A stretch of DNA of 64,000 nucleotides from a virus. Its lineage: Duplodnaviria; Heunggongvirae; Uroviricota; Caudoviricetes. The translations under genes and the position numbers were made by a program. Location of the stretch: IMG/VR virus record IMGVR_UViG_3300026382_000001; one strand, 5' to 3'. Numbering within the stretch: position 1 is the first letter of the stretch; each line of letters opens with the position of its first letter. Shown here in pieces: positions 40,416-50,077 of the stretch. The notes below the pieces were generated by a model. That model made no database searches and was not told the DNA's origin. It worked only from the letters and a program-made list of their open reading frames with translations.

Positions 40416-40940
40416 GTGGACAAATTAAATGTAATAAAAAGAAAAAAAATTATTGAAGATAATCTTAAATTAATTATCGAAACAGGTGAAACTTTAGAAG
40501 GTTTTCCATATAAAATTAGGATGGGTCCTACTGGATGCGTAAATGGTTATATTGGTATTCCTCCTGGTCATCCAGCTCTCGAGGATAAATATTGTATAGA
40601 AGTCGAATTAAAAGTTCACGGTGGAGTAACCTTTGAGCAATCTGGGAAATATCCAGAAGGTAAACTAATAATGAATTCACAGGGTAATATTAAAATGATT
40701 AATATTCCAGTTCTTTTTGAAGCTCCATACTATTGGGTTGGTTTCGATACTGCCCATCTCGGTGATGGTATTAATATAGAATTAGCTGAAAAGTATCATA
40801 CTAAAAAAAGTATGTTCTCATTAAAAATAATGGCAGATTCTTTTACTGGTAAAATTTGGCAACCAGATGATGTTTTAGAAGAAATTTTAAATATGTCCAA
40901 ACAATTAAAAGAATTAGAAAAGGAGGGGGAAGATGCATAA
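40416..40940 (+). CDS. Conserved phage hypothetical protein
   Basis: GYIGIPPGHP...VHGGVTF...WVGFDTAH.GD, a widespread phage small-protein pattern. Confidence 0.7.
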   Translation: MDKLNVIKRKKIIEDNLKLIIETGETLEGFPYKIRMGPTGCVNGYIGIPPGHPALEDKYCIEVELKVHGGVTFEQSGKYPEGKLIMNSQGNIKMINIPVLFEAPYYWVGFDTAHLGDGINIELAEKYHTKKSMFSLKIMADSFTGKIWQPDDVLEEILNMSKQLKELEKEGEDA

Positions 40941-41211
40941 CGAGACAAAATGGTCAATAAATATTCAATGGCCAAGTTTAGGTAAATTATTATTCTTTAT
41001 TGGAATTTTAATGGTGATTCAATATACTCTAAATCAATTTAATATTGGCTTTGATAATTCGGATAATTCTATTGCTCACCAAAGAAGTAATTTAGTTATT
41101 TATACTGATTATAAAACCGGATGTCAATATTTACAAGGTGGTTTTTTTGGAGATAATATTACTCCAAGAATGGATGAAAATGGCAAACAAATTTGCCAAA
41201 AAAATAATTAA
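40933..41211 (+). CDS. Membrane-anchored DUF6440-like protein
   Basis: TM helix, then IYTDYKTGCQYL...ITPRMDENGKQIC. Confidence 0.55.
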   Translation: MHNETKWSINIQWPSLGKLLFFIGILMVIQYTLNQFNIGFDNSDNSIAHQRSNLVIYTDYKTGCQYLQGGFFGDNITPRMDENGKQICQKNN

Positions 41212-41227
41212 ATAAAAAGGAGGATTT

Positions 41228-41539
41228 ATGGGATTTTATATTAATCCAATAGATGGAAATAGTAAAGAGTACTGGTTAAATCATTACGGTACCCCAATTG
41301 AGGAACCAAAAAATTATAATTTTACTGGTAAATTCTTTCCAGTATGTTTAGTAGATAATGGGTTATTTACTGCTGCTGGAATAGTTTATGATCAAAGAGA
41401 ACTTGAATGTTTTTCGAATCCGGAAGATACTAGATTTAAGCAATGGTTCGAGGTAAATTTAGAATTTATTATCGATCCGGAAAGAGGTGCTTTAACTGGG
41501 GACGAGTTAAAAAATTTTTTAGAATATATTAAAAAATAA
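41228..41539 (+). CDS. Hypothetical protein
   Basis: AGGAGG RBS; VCLVDNGLFTAAGI. Confidence 0.7.
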   Translation: MGFYINPIDGNSKEYWLNHYGTPIEEPKNYNFTGKFFPVCLVDNGLFTAAGIVYDQRELECFSNPEDTRFKQWFEVNLEFIIDPERGALTGDELKNFLEYIKK

Positions 41540-41548
41540 GGCTGATAA

Positions 41549-41857
41549 ATGCGTATAGTTCTTACCCGATTACAAAAGAAAAAGATTCAGCAATATATTT
41601 CTAAAGTTCATCGTCCTGGTTCAATACGCCAAGAAGAGCTTTTAACATTTACGGAAGTTTCGGTAAGTAATGAAGCTAAAGGTAAAATAAAATTTCTCAC
41701 TGAAGTTGGTTTCGTAAAAGTGTACCAAGGAGCACACGGAAGTACTTTTGTACATGAAATATGTTTAGAGGAATATTTTTTAAATCTGCCTCCAAAAGAG
41801 AACGATTTAAAAAAGAAATATAAAACTTTAAAAGATGTATTATCTTTTGATGAATAA
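41549..41857 (+). CDS. Hypothetical protein
   Basis: 102-aa ORF in operon. Confidence 0.6.
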   Translation: MRIVLTRLQKKKIQQYISKVHRPGSIRQEELLTFTEVSVSNEAKGKIKFLTEVGFVKVYQGAHGSTFVHEICLEEYFLNLPPKENDLKKKYKTLKDVLSFDE

Positions 41858-41866
41858 GGAATATTT

Positions 41867-42154
41867 ATGGAACAAGAATTTAGAACAGTGAAACAATTAA
41901 GGGATTACTTAAATATTTTATTAAATGAAAATGAAGATTTGGATATTATTCTTTGGAATGATTCTGGTGAAGATACAATATTTCCAACTTTATTAAAATC
42001 TAATAATCTTAAAGTATCTTCTAATAATGATATCGAGGATGAATGTATTACTGGAAGTATAGATAGAAGATATATTAGATATCCAAAAAGTCTAAATATA
42101 TTCCCAGTCGATAGTCATTTAGAAGATGAAGAATCTTTAGAAGACGATTTTTAA
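41867..42154 (+). CDS. Acidic hypothetical protein
   Basis: TVKQLRDYL..L...D.DI N-terminus typical of small phage proteins. Confidence 0.6.
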   Translation: MEQEFRTVKQLRDYLNILLNENEDLDIILWNDSGEDTIFPTLLKSNNLKVSSNNDIEDECITGSIDRRYIRYPKSLNIFPVDSHLEDEESLEDDF

Positions 42155-42301
42155 AGGAGATAACATGTTACAGAAACATAGACAAAGTACGATAGATGAT
42201 TTCTGTTCAACGGTTATCGATTGTACTTATATAGAAAAAAAGATAAAAAAAGTTCGGTTGAAGTTCGCGCGAAAACCAAAAAAGGTTCAATTGTTGTTAA
42301 A

Positions 42302-42354
42302 TTTAACGACAGGAGAATCAGAGAAATAATTGTATAGATAATACAATTATTTCT
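42302..42354 (-). terminator. Hairpin followed by TTCTCCTGTCGTTAAA at a convergent junction
   Basis: AGAAATAATTGTAT/ATACAATTATTTCT stem at 42322-42354. Confidence 0.65.
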
Positions 42355-42368
42355 TCCGACAATTTTTA

Positions 42369-44063
42369 TTAAATTTTTGTAGCATAGACTCCGTTACCAC
42401 AATCCCACTGAATCATATAATCGTTTGCTAAAATACATTCCTGAGCTGTTAAATTTTTATCGTAAACAAAACCAGGTATTTTTTCCAGTTTATGTTTTTG
42501 AAAAGTATTTCTTGGATACATTCTCGAACAATCTTTTGGGATTACGCTAAAGTTTGGGGAACTTTCATTAATATATACTAGACCTAATTGTTTATATAGA
42601 TTAGAATCATTTAAAGCACTCCAACGTCTATTAGCATAGGTTATAATTTTAGGATTATTTAATTCCTTTAAAACATATTTATATAATTTAGAAACTCCTC
42701 CATGAACTATAGTATATTTTTTAGTACATATTCTATGAATTTCATAATCGTATCGTCCATTATATCTAGATGCTCCCAAAGTAAATAATTGAACTAGTTC
42801 ATCCTGATAATATAATCCGTAGTGTTTTAATGAATTAATACTACCTTGTAAATGATTAAGTTCTTGAAATTCTCTAGATTCTTTTTTTGGAACTTCTTTT
42901 ATAATACATTTTCTACCTGGTATTTTATTAGGTATTTTTCCTATTTTTAAAAGTATTTTGCTTAACCAAATATCTTTTTTAATTGGATCTTTCCATTCTA
43001 ATTCATTAATTTGAAATAAATGAATTCCTAATTGAGTACAAGCTTCAAACTTTTTCAAATGTCTTTTCTTATTATAATAAGCGTCCGTTTGATTTTTAGA
43101 AGTAGCCATTTTCACATTAGTTAATGAATGCCAATATACCCCATTATATTCTATTGCAAATTTATAATCAGGGAAATAAAGATCTAATTCCATTCTACCA
43201 AATTTATGATTTTGGATAATTTTTATATCTGGAAAAGCATCTTTTATAAAATTATAAATTTCTTCTTCTGCTTTGGAACGAGTACTAGTGCATTTTGGAC
43301 AACCATGACCGGAACTCAAATGATTATTTGGACTTTGAAAAAAACTTCCATGTTCCGGACATATTATTTCTACTTTTTTCATAGCATTTGTATAATTAAC
43401 TTTACTATAATCATATTTATTAGAATGAACCTTTTTAAAATCTTGAATTGCTTCTTCAGTCGTTTTTAAAAAAGTACCGGCGCATTTTTTACAACCATGT
43501 TTAAAATGCTCTCCAACTGTTGTTTTAAATTCTCCATGTTCTGGACAAATTACTTTTATTTTGGTTAATGTATCGCTATTTTCTGGTAATTCATATTGGT
43601 ATTTATTTCCATAAATACTATAAAATCTTTTTAATATTTCTAAATTTCCTAGAAATTTTTTTGAATGGGCGCATTTCGGACAACCATGTCCTGAAGAGTG
43701 ATCAATTGGAGTCTGAAAAAAACTTCCATGTTTTGGACATATTATTTCTACTTTAGTATTCTTATTAACATACCCAACATTATTGTAATTATATTTATCC
43801 CCATGAACTTTTTTAAAATGGTTTATAATTTCTTCTTGTGTTAATAATTTTTTATTCGAACAAATTTGACAACCACCCATTGGTTTTTTAGTTCTAGATG
43901 AAATTTTTAAATGGTTATTTGGAGTTACTAAAAAACTCCCATGTTCTGGACAGATAATTTCTACCTTAGTATTTTTATTAATATAGTTAACTTTTGAATA
44001 ATCGTATTTATTACCATGTTTTTCTTTTGCCAAATTTATAAATTCTTCTTGTGTTATTGCCAT
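42369..44063 (-). CDS. Hef-like homing endonuclease with four Zn-binding repeats
   Basis: Four HG.KYDY..IICP.HG.F...H...GC..C repeats; ELDLYFPDYKFAIEYNGVYWH nuclease motif; additional C-terminal domain. Confidence 0.78.
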   Translation of the reverse strand: MAITQEEFINLAKEKHGNKYDYSKVNYINKNTKVEIICPEHGSFLVTPNNHLKISSRTKKPMGGCQICSNKKLLTQEEIINHFKKVHGDKYNYNNVGYVNKNTKVEIICPKHGSFFQTPIDHSSGHGCPKCAHSKKFLGNLEILKRFYSIYGNKYQYELPENSDTLTKIKVICPEHGEFKTTVGEHFKHGCKKCAGTFLKTTEEAIQDFKKVHSNKYDYSKVNYTNAMKKVEIICPEHGSFFQSPNNHLSSGHGCPKCTSTRSKAEEEIYNFIKDAFPDIKIIQNHKFGRMELDLYFPDYKFAIEYNGVYWHSLTNVKMATSKNQTDAYYNKKRHLKKFEACTQLGIHLFQINELEWKDPIKKDIWLSKILLKIGKIPNKIPGRKCIIKEVPKKESREFQELNHLQGSINSLKHYGLYYQDELVQLFTLGASRYNGRYDYEIHRICTKKYTIVHGGVSKLYKYVLKELNNPKIITYANRRWSALNDSNLYKQLGLVYINESSPNFSVIPKDCSRMYPRNTFQKHKLEKIPGFVYDKNLTAQECILANDYMIQWDCGNGVYATKI

Positions 44064-44113
44064 TTATAATCCTTTTTAGTAAATAATATATCTATGTATA
44101 ATACATATAGATA

Positions 44114-46135
44114 TTAAAATATTTTATAATCTTCCATATAGTATTCGTCGTCTTCATCCATTATAGACGTAAAACCAGGAATTTCAAATTCTTTTAGAAT
44201 TTCTCTTCTTCTTTGTTTTTCCTCATCTTTATCCGTAAAATGATTTCCTACTTCTTGAATGTTTTCAAAACTTTTTTGTTTATTAATAAGTTTAGCTTCA
44301 TTTTTAAAATCATGTTCCATAGTGCTAAAAGTAACATTCAGATAAGAATTAATCTCACCTTGAGTTATTTTTAATCCTTCCGGAGTATCTTCCGTAAGTA
44401 AATCTCCTTCCTGGATCATTTCATGTCTTAACCATAATGTGAAATTAAAAGCCATAATAATATCATCATGTTGTCCAGAACTTGCTTCAAATCTTCCGTT
44501 AGTTTTTTGCTCAAGAGTTCTTAATTCATTTTGTAAATATTTACCCTGCGCCAATGCTGGGTCAGTATTTAATGCACTTAGTAAAAGATTGAACATTTGC
44601 TCACGATTTGTTTTATTAGTCATAATACCTGGAACTCTATCACCAGTACTTTTAGTCTTAGTAAAATGCAAGAATTCTTCAAATTCAAATTTAATTTTAT
44701 CTGGAGCTTCTGAAAATAATATTTCCTCAATGATACCAATACCAAAACTATTTCGCTCTATAATTACACTTAGTGTTTTAGGAGTTAATCCACAAATCAG
44801 TTGTAATTGTAAAATGGCCGATTTAACAACGGCTGCGTATCTTTTAATAACATTAAATTTGCCTCTGTACTCTGCGACCTGTCTACCAGTTTCGGCATCT
44901 GTTAAAACCATTGTACTAAAATCCGATTTAGCTGCAGTACTGGCAGCATTATCCACACCCATTAGATATAATTTATTTGGATCAAGATCTTCAAATACAT
45001 CCATTTTTTCACCGTATGCTAAATCTAATTGAAATTTAGGTGGAGTTGGTTTAAAATGTTCCAGTACCTCATCTGGGAATACGGCATTATTAGAACCTAA
45101 GAAAACAAGGTTAAGCTCTTGGTTAACTCTTCTCATATTAAAGTTAAGTTCTTTTTGTTGCTTTTTATACCATTCTTCATCTTTGCCAGTCTCTGACCAA
45201 TGTAATTCTAACTTAACGAAGTTATTTCGGAAATCAGAGCTATTAAGAACCTTTTCATTATCAAGAACTGGTTTATTCGTTTTCTCATCCCATATTTCAG
45301 AATAGTCCCAAGAGTTTTGCCAAAGGTCATAAAAGAAGTTACCATTAGATCCATTTGGAGTAGTGGTCATAATAACATTCGTAGGGAAATTATTTTGTTT
45401 AGCAAGTACCCTCGCTTTTGAAACAACTGGTTGCAATGAACCCCAAACCACATCCATATGTGGGATAAAGGCAGCCTCATCTATGTAGATTACCGGAGCT
45501 GTCATACCACGTCCCACGGTATCCGGATTAATAGCTCCGGAAACATAATTCGAGTTTAATCTAGAACCATTTGCTAATTCTAGATAAGTTTGTTTTTCAC
45601 CTTTATTACTTTTAGGAACTTCTAACCATTTTGGAAGCATTGATAACATACTGTACATACGTTCAACGAAATCCAAAGCCGATTTTTGTTTTAGAGTTAA
45701 GAACTCTATTTTAACTTTTGGATGAAAAAGCATTACCCATAACAAATATTGTCCAACGGTGGTGGTCTTATAATGTTGCCTCGACGCCATCATATTAACA
45801 TTATCAGTGTATTGGATAAGTTTAATAAATTGTGAATATTTTGGAGTCTCTAACCACTCAGCAGATTCACCGACTTTAATAATTCCACCTGGTACCTGAA
45901 CTCTAATATAGTTTTTAATAAAATAAAGAGCACTCATTTTACATTTTAAATATTCTCTCATTCTCCATTGTTTATCTTGTTCTTGTTGTCTCATAATCGT
46001 TGGAGCATTTGGACTAGCATATTTAGCCATAAGATTTTGATCGGTTAAATTTTTTACTTGTTGAGCTTCTTCTGGAGAAACTTCTGTAATAATTTTATTA
46101 TCATTAATAATAATATTTTTTATATCTAAATTCAT
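44114..46135 (-). CDS. terL: Terminase large subunit (T4 gp17-like)
   Basis: ASRQHYKTT (Walker A), IYIDEAAF (Walker B), TTTPNG (motif III), GVD..., IERN, HDDIIMA (RNase H-like nuclease). Confidence 0.92.
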   Translation of the reverse strand: MNLDIKNIIINDNKIITEVSPEEAQQVKNLTDQNLMAKYASPNAPTIMRQQEQDKQWRMREYLKCKMSALYFIKNYIRVQVPGGIIKVGESAEWLETPKYSQFIKLIQYTDNVNMMASRQHYKTTTVGQYLLWVMLFHPKVKIEFLTLKQKSALDFVERMYSMLSMLPKWLEVPKSNKGEKQTYLELANGSRLNSNYVSGAINPDTVGRGMTAPVIYIDEAAFIPHMDVVWGSLQPVVSKARVLAKQNNFPTNVIMTTTPNGSNGNFFYDLWQNSWDYSEIWDEKTNKPVLDNEKVLNSSDFRNNFVKLELHWSETGKDEEWYKKQQKELNFNMRRVNQELNLVFLGSNNAVFPDEVLEHFKPTPPKFQLDLAYGEKMDVFEDLDPNKLYLMGVDNAASTAAKSDFSTMVLTDAETGRQVAEYRGKFNVIKRYAAVVKSAILQLQLICGLTPKTLSVIIERNSFGIGIIEEILFSEAPDKIKFEFEEFLHFTKTKSTGDRVPGIMTNKTNREQMFNLLLSALNTDPALAQGKYLQNELRTLEQKTNGRFEASSGQHDDIIMAFNFTLWLRHEMIQEGDLLTEDTPEGLKITQGEINSYLNVTFSTMEHDFKNEAKLINKQKSFENIQEVGNHFTDKDEEKQRRREILKEFEIPGFTSIMDEDDEYYMEDYKIF

Positions 46136-46160
46136 TAAAATCCTTTATTTCTATCTTTAG

Positions 46161-47255
46161 TTAACTATTGATAGTTAACTCGTTTAAAACTTCTTCAATG
46201 TCTTCAAAATATCCTATTCGAATAATTCTTATATCGTTTTTAATACAATATTCTGTTTTAATTTTATCACGTTCTTGAGTTTTTAAGAATCCTTCTAAAC
46301 CACCAAAATATGGTACTGGTTCAAAATGTTGTTTACCATCATACTCTATAACCGTATTTAAATCTTTTATATAAAAATCAAATCTATAATTATCAAATAG
46401 TTTAACTTCTTGAGAATATTTAATATTATTCTCTTCTAGAAATTCTCTAACTCTTCTTTCACCTTTAGATTCAGAATTTTTTTGAGCACATATTGGACAA
46501 CCAGATCCATTTTTATGATCGTTTGGTTTTTGAAAAAAACTTCCATGTTCTAGACAAATTATTTCTACTTTAGTCATAGTATTTATATAGTGTACTTTTG
46601 AATAATCGTATTTATTTCTATGAATTTCTTTAAAATCGTATATTATTTTATCCTGCGAATATGTATTTTTATTAATATAGCAATTTGGACAAAATGAATT
46701 ATCAGGGTTATTTTTTAAATGATTATTTGGTATACACCAAAACGATTTATTACAATTTTTACAAATTACTTCTATTTTTTCAAATCGATTTATATATTTA
46801 ACTTTACGGTAATCGTATTTATTGAAATGTTCTATTGGTAAAGATTTTAAAAAATTTTCTAATTTACCTGATTGTTTTTCTTTGGAACATTCCGGACAAC
46901 CATTTCCAGATTTATGAGACATCGGTGTTTGAAAAAAACTCCCATGTTTTGGACAAATAATCTCTATTTTAGTCATAGTATTTATATAGTGTACTTTTGA
47001 ATAGTTGTATTTATTATTATGAACTTTTTTAAAATCTTTTATATGTTTTTTTATTGGTTTTTTTAAAATAGAACATTTTGGACATTTATATTTTAAATGA
47101 TTATTTGGTGTTTGTAAAAATTCTCCATGTTCTGGACAGATTATAATAACTTTAGATTTAGATTTATGGTAAATTACTTTACTATAATCATATTTATCTC
47201 CATGAACTTCTTTAAATCTTTTTATAACTTCTTCTTGTGTTAATTTTTTACCCAT
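46161..47255 (-). CDS. Free-standing homing endonuclease: four Zn repeats plus Vsr/PD-(D/E)XK-like nuclease
   Basis: Repeats as above; SKGE...YRFDFY...VIEYDGKQH...RDKIK..YC. Confidence 0.8.
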   Translation of the reverse strand: MGKKLTQEEVIKRFKEVHGDKYDYSKVIYHKSKSKVIIICPEHGEFLQTPNNHLKYKCPKCSILKKPIKKHIKDFKKVHNNKYNYSKVHYINTMTKIEIICPKHGSFFQTPMSHKSGNGCPECSKEKQSGKLENFLKSLPIEHFNKYDYRKVKYINRFEKIEVICKNCNKSFWCIPNNHLKNNPDNSFCPNCYINKNTYSQDKIIYDFKEIHRNKYDYSKVHYINTMTKVEIICLEHGSFFQKPNDHKNGSGCPICAQKNSESKGERRVREFLEENNIKYSQEVKLFDNYRFDFYIKDLNTVIEYDGKQHFEPVPYFGGLEGFLKTQERDKIKTEYCIKNDIRIIRIGYFEDIEEVLNELTINS

Positions 47256-47294
47256 AAAAATCCTTTATTTCTATCTTTAGTTAACTAAAGATAG

Positions 47295-48380
47295 TTAACT
47301 ATTGATAGTTAACTCGTTTAAAACTTCCCCAACGTCTTCAAAATATCCTATACGAATAATTCTTATATCGTTTTTAATACAATAATCTGTTTTAATTTTA
47401 TCCCGTTCTTGAGTCTTTAAGAATCCTTCTAAACCACCAAAATATTCAACTGGTTCGTAATGCTGTTTACCATCATACTCAATGACAGTATTTAAATCTT
47501 TTAAATAAAAATCAAATCTATAATTCTCAAAGAGTTTAACTTCTTGAGAATATTTAATATTATTCTCTTCTAGAAATTCTCTAACTTTTCTTTCGCCCTT
47601 AGATTCAGAATTTTCTTGAGCGCATTTTGGACATATAGAACCTCTATAATGATTAAATGGGAGTTGCCAGAAACTCTCATGTTCTGGACAAATAATTTCA
47701 ATTTTTTCCATACTATGTATATAATTAACTTTAGAATAATTATAATTAGTTCCATGAATTTTTACAAATTTTTTAATAATTTCATTAGTGTTTGTAAAAT
47801 TTTGTTTTATAGAGCATTTTGGACAACCATGTCCTTTAAGATGGGAACTTGGAGTTTGTAAAAATTTTCCATGCTCTGGGCATATTATAATAACTTTATT
47901 ATTATTATTTTTATAATTAACTTTGGAATAGTTGTATTTATTACCATGAATTTTTTTAAAATCTTTTAATAATTTTTCAATTGGAGTTTTTAAATTATTA
48001 TAAAAACATTGTTTGCAACTTTGACCTCGTAAATGATTACTTGGTGTTTGAAAAAAACTTCCATGTTCTGGACAAATAATTTCTACCTTAGTCATATTAT
48101 TTTTATAATCGACTTTACTGTAATCATATTTATCCTCATGAAGTTCTCGAAATCTTTTAATAACTTCTTCTTGAGTTAATTTTAAATTTCCGGCACATTT
48201 GGAACAACCATAACCACTTAAATGATTATTTGGAGTTTGCAAAAATTCTCCATGCTCTGGACAGATTATAATAACCTTATCATTTATTCCAGAATATTGA
48301 ATTTTAGAATAATCGTATTTATCTCCATGAACTTTCCTAAATCTTTTTATAACTTCTTCTTGCGTTAGTTTTTTACCCAT
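47295..48380 (-). CDS. Free-standing homing endonuclease, tandem paralog
   Basis: Same N-terminus (MGKKLTQEEVIKRF) and near-identical nuclease domain and downstream flank as 46161..47255. Confidence 0.8.
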   Translation of the reverse strand: MGKKLTQEEVIKRFRKVHGDKYDYSKIQYSGINDKVIIICPEHGEFLQTPNNHLSGYGCSKCAGNLKLTQEEVIKRFRELHEDKYDYSKVDYKNNMTKVEIICPEHGSFFQTPSNHLRGQSCKQCFYNNLKTPIEKLLKDFKKIHGNKYNYSKVNYKNNNNKVIIICPEHGKFLQTPSSHLKGHGCPKCSIKQNFTNTNEIIKKFVKIHGTNYNYSKVNYIHSMEKIEIICPEHESFWQLPFNHYRGSICPKCAQENSESKGERKVREFLEENNIKYSQEVKLFENYRFDFYLKDLNTVIEYDGKQHYEPVEYFGGLEGFLKTQERDKIKTDYCIKNDIRIIRIGYFEDVGEVLNELTINS

Positions 48381-48430
48381 AAAATTTTCCTTATTGATAA
48401 AATATCTATTTAAACTAGAAATAATGTATA

Positions 48431-48557
48431 TAACTATTAATAGTTAACTATTTATAGTATGTGTACCAAATAGTTAACTATTAATAGTTATTCAGTATAG
48501 TTATCTATAATATCTATTTTGGAGATAACTATTAATAGTTAACTATTAATAGTTAAC
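48431..48557. repeat. Cluster of 14-bp palindromic units AACTATTAATAGTT
   Basis: Several tandem or overlapping copies in intergenic DNA; variants near 13261, 36434-36481, 46158, 47278, 54152. Confidence 0.8.
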
Positions 48558-48585
48558 CTGTTTTAAATATATTTATATTCTTATA

Positions 48586-48623
48586 TAACGACAGGAATAA
48601 ATGAGGCCGAAGCCTCATTTATT
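48586..48623 (-). terminator. cUUCGg hairpin followed by TTATTCCTGTCGTTA
   Basis: AATAAATGAGGC-CGAA-GCCTCATTTATT at 48596-48623, at the HU stop. Confidence 0.78.
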
Positions 48624-48882
48624 AAAGTTCTTTACCAAATTTAGATAAACTAAATTTAATAGTTTTGTGAGCAGGTTTAGTCCATTTCACACCATTCATT
48701 TCACCGGAACGTTCTTTAACGTCTACGTATTTGAACTTACCAATCTTTCCGAATGGAACCTCACCAGTCTCTTTAACACCAGCTACTACAGTATTAACAA
48801 CAGCTTCTAGAATTCTTTCCGCTTCTTTATTACTTATTTCTAATTTAGCTGCAAGAGCTTTTTCTAATTCGATTTTTTTCAT
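48622..48882 (-). CDS. hup: HU-family histone-like DNA-binding protein
   Basis: MKKIEL...ISNKEAERIL...GEVPFGKIGKF...KERSG...PAHKTIKFSLSK. Confidence 0.88.
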   Translation of the reverse strand: MKKIELEKALAAKLEISNKEAERILEAVVNTVVAGVKETGEVPFGKIGKFKYVDVKERSGEMNGVKWTKPAHKTIKFSLSKFGKEL

Positions 48883-48917
48883 TTATAATTTTCCTTATTT
48901 TAATAGTTTTATTTATT

Positions 48918-50048
48918 TTAGTTTGTTAGGTATGGTTTTACTTGTGTTAAAACTTCTCTAACATCTTCAAAATATCCTATTCGAATAATTCTTATATCGT
49001 TTTTAATACAATAATCGGTTTTAATTTTATCACATTCTTGAGTTTTCAAGAACCCTTCTAAACCACCAAAATATCCAATCGGTTCATAATGTTGTTTACC
49101 ATCATACTCAATGACAGTATTTAAATCTTCTAAATAAAAATCAAATCTATAATTATCAAAGAGTTTAACTTCTTGAGAATAATTAATATTATTCTCTTCT
49201 AGAAATTCTCTAACTTTTCTTTCTCCTTTGGATTCAGAGCATTTTGGACATCCATGTCCTTGAAGGTGGTTAGATTTGGTTTGTAAAAATTCTCCATGTT
49301 TTGAACATATTATTGGAATTAAAGAATTTAAATTTGTAGTATTATTCAAAAGTGAATAATCGTATTGATTACCATGAACTTTTTTAAAATTATTTATATT
49401 TTTTTCGGGTGTATTCATATTTTTTAAAATTCCACACTTTGGACAACCATTTCCGGAATTATGACTATTTGGAAGTTGTAAGAAACTTCCATGTTCCGGA
49501 CATATAATTTCTACTTTAGTATTGGAATCTATATAATTAACTTTTGAATAATCGTATTTATCTCCATGAATTTTTTTAAAATTCATGGTAATATTTTTGG
49601 TATTATTTGTATTTTCAATTCTTTTTTTAGATGCTTCTATCTTGGAGCATTTTGGGCAACCATGTCCTTTAAGATGAGAACTAGGAATTTGATCAAATTT
49701 ATTATTACAGGAATTACAAATTATTTTAACTTTGGTACTTCTATTAATATATTTAACTTCCGAATAATTGTATTTATTTCCATGAACTTCTTTAAATCTT
49801 TTTAAAATTTCTTCTTGTGTTAAACTTTTGGTACCTTTATTACCGGTTCTAGAAATTTTTCTAGAACATGCCGGACACTCAGAACCATTTTTAAAATTAA
49901 TAACAGTTGGGTAAAATTCACCATGTTCCGAACAAATTATAATGCATTTTTCCCGCATTTTAGAATATTTAAATTTACTATAATCGTATTTTGGATATTT
50001 TTCTTTAAGTTCTTCTAAAACTTTTATTGGATCGTTATAAAATGCCAT
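48918..50048 (-). CDS. Free-standing homing endonuclease (four Zn repeats plus nuclease)
   Basis: Nuclease domain near-identical to the 46161 and 47295 copies. Confidence 0.8.
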   Translation of the reverse strand: MAFYNDPIKVLEELKEKYPKYDYSKFKYSKMREKCIIICSEHGEFYPTVINFKNGSECPACSRKISRTGNKGTKSLTQEEILKRFKEVHGNKYNYSEVKYINRSTKVKIICNSCNNKFDQIPSSHLKGHGCPKCSKIEASKKRIENTNNTKNITMNFKKIHGDKYDYSKVNYIDSNTKVEIICPEHGSFLQLPNSHNSGNGCPKCGILKNMNTPEKNINNFKKVHGNQYDYSLLNNTTNLNSLIPIICSKHGEFLQTKSNHLQGHGCPKCSESKGERKVREFLEENNINYSQEVKLFDNYRFDFYLEDLNTVIEYDGKQHYEPIGYFGGLEGFLKTQECDKIKTDYCIKNDIRIIRIGYFEDVREVLTQVKPYLTN

Positions 50049-50077
50049 TTAATTACCTTTTTGGAAAAATATCTATT

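Noticed and set aside
42165-42245. 26-aa ORF after an AAGGAG RBS, possibly frameshifted in an A-run
   Set aside because: Too short and no recognisable homology; cannot tell a gene from a remnant.
44439-45032. 197-aa plus-strand ORF
   Set aside because: Fully antisense to terL, with no RBS or motif; a shadow of codon bias.
48431-48557. CRISPR array
   Set aside because: Units are 14-bp palindromes without regular unique spacers, and no cas genes are present.
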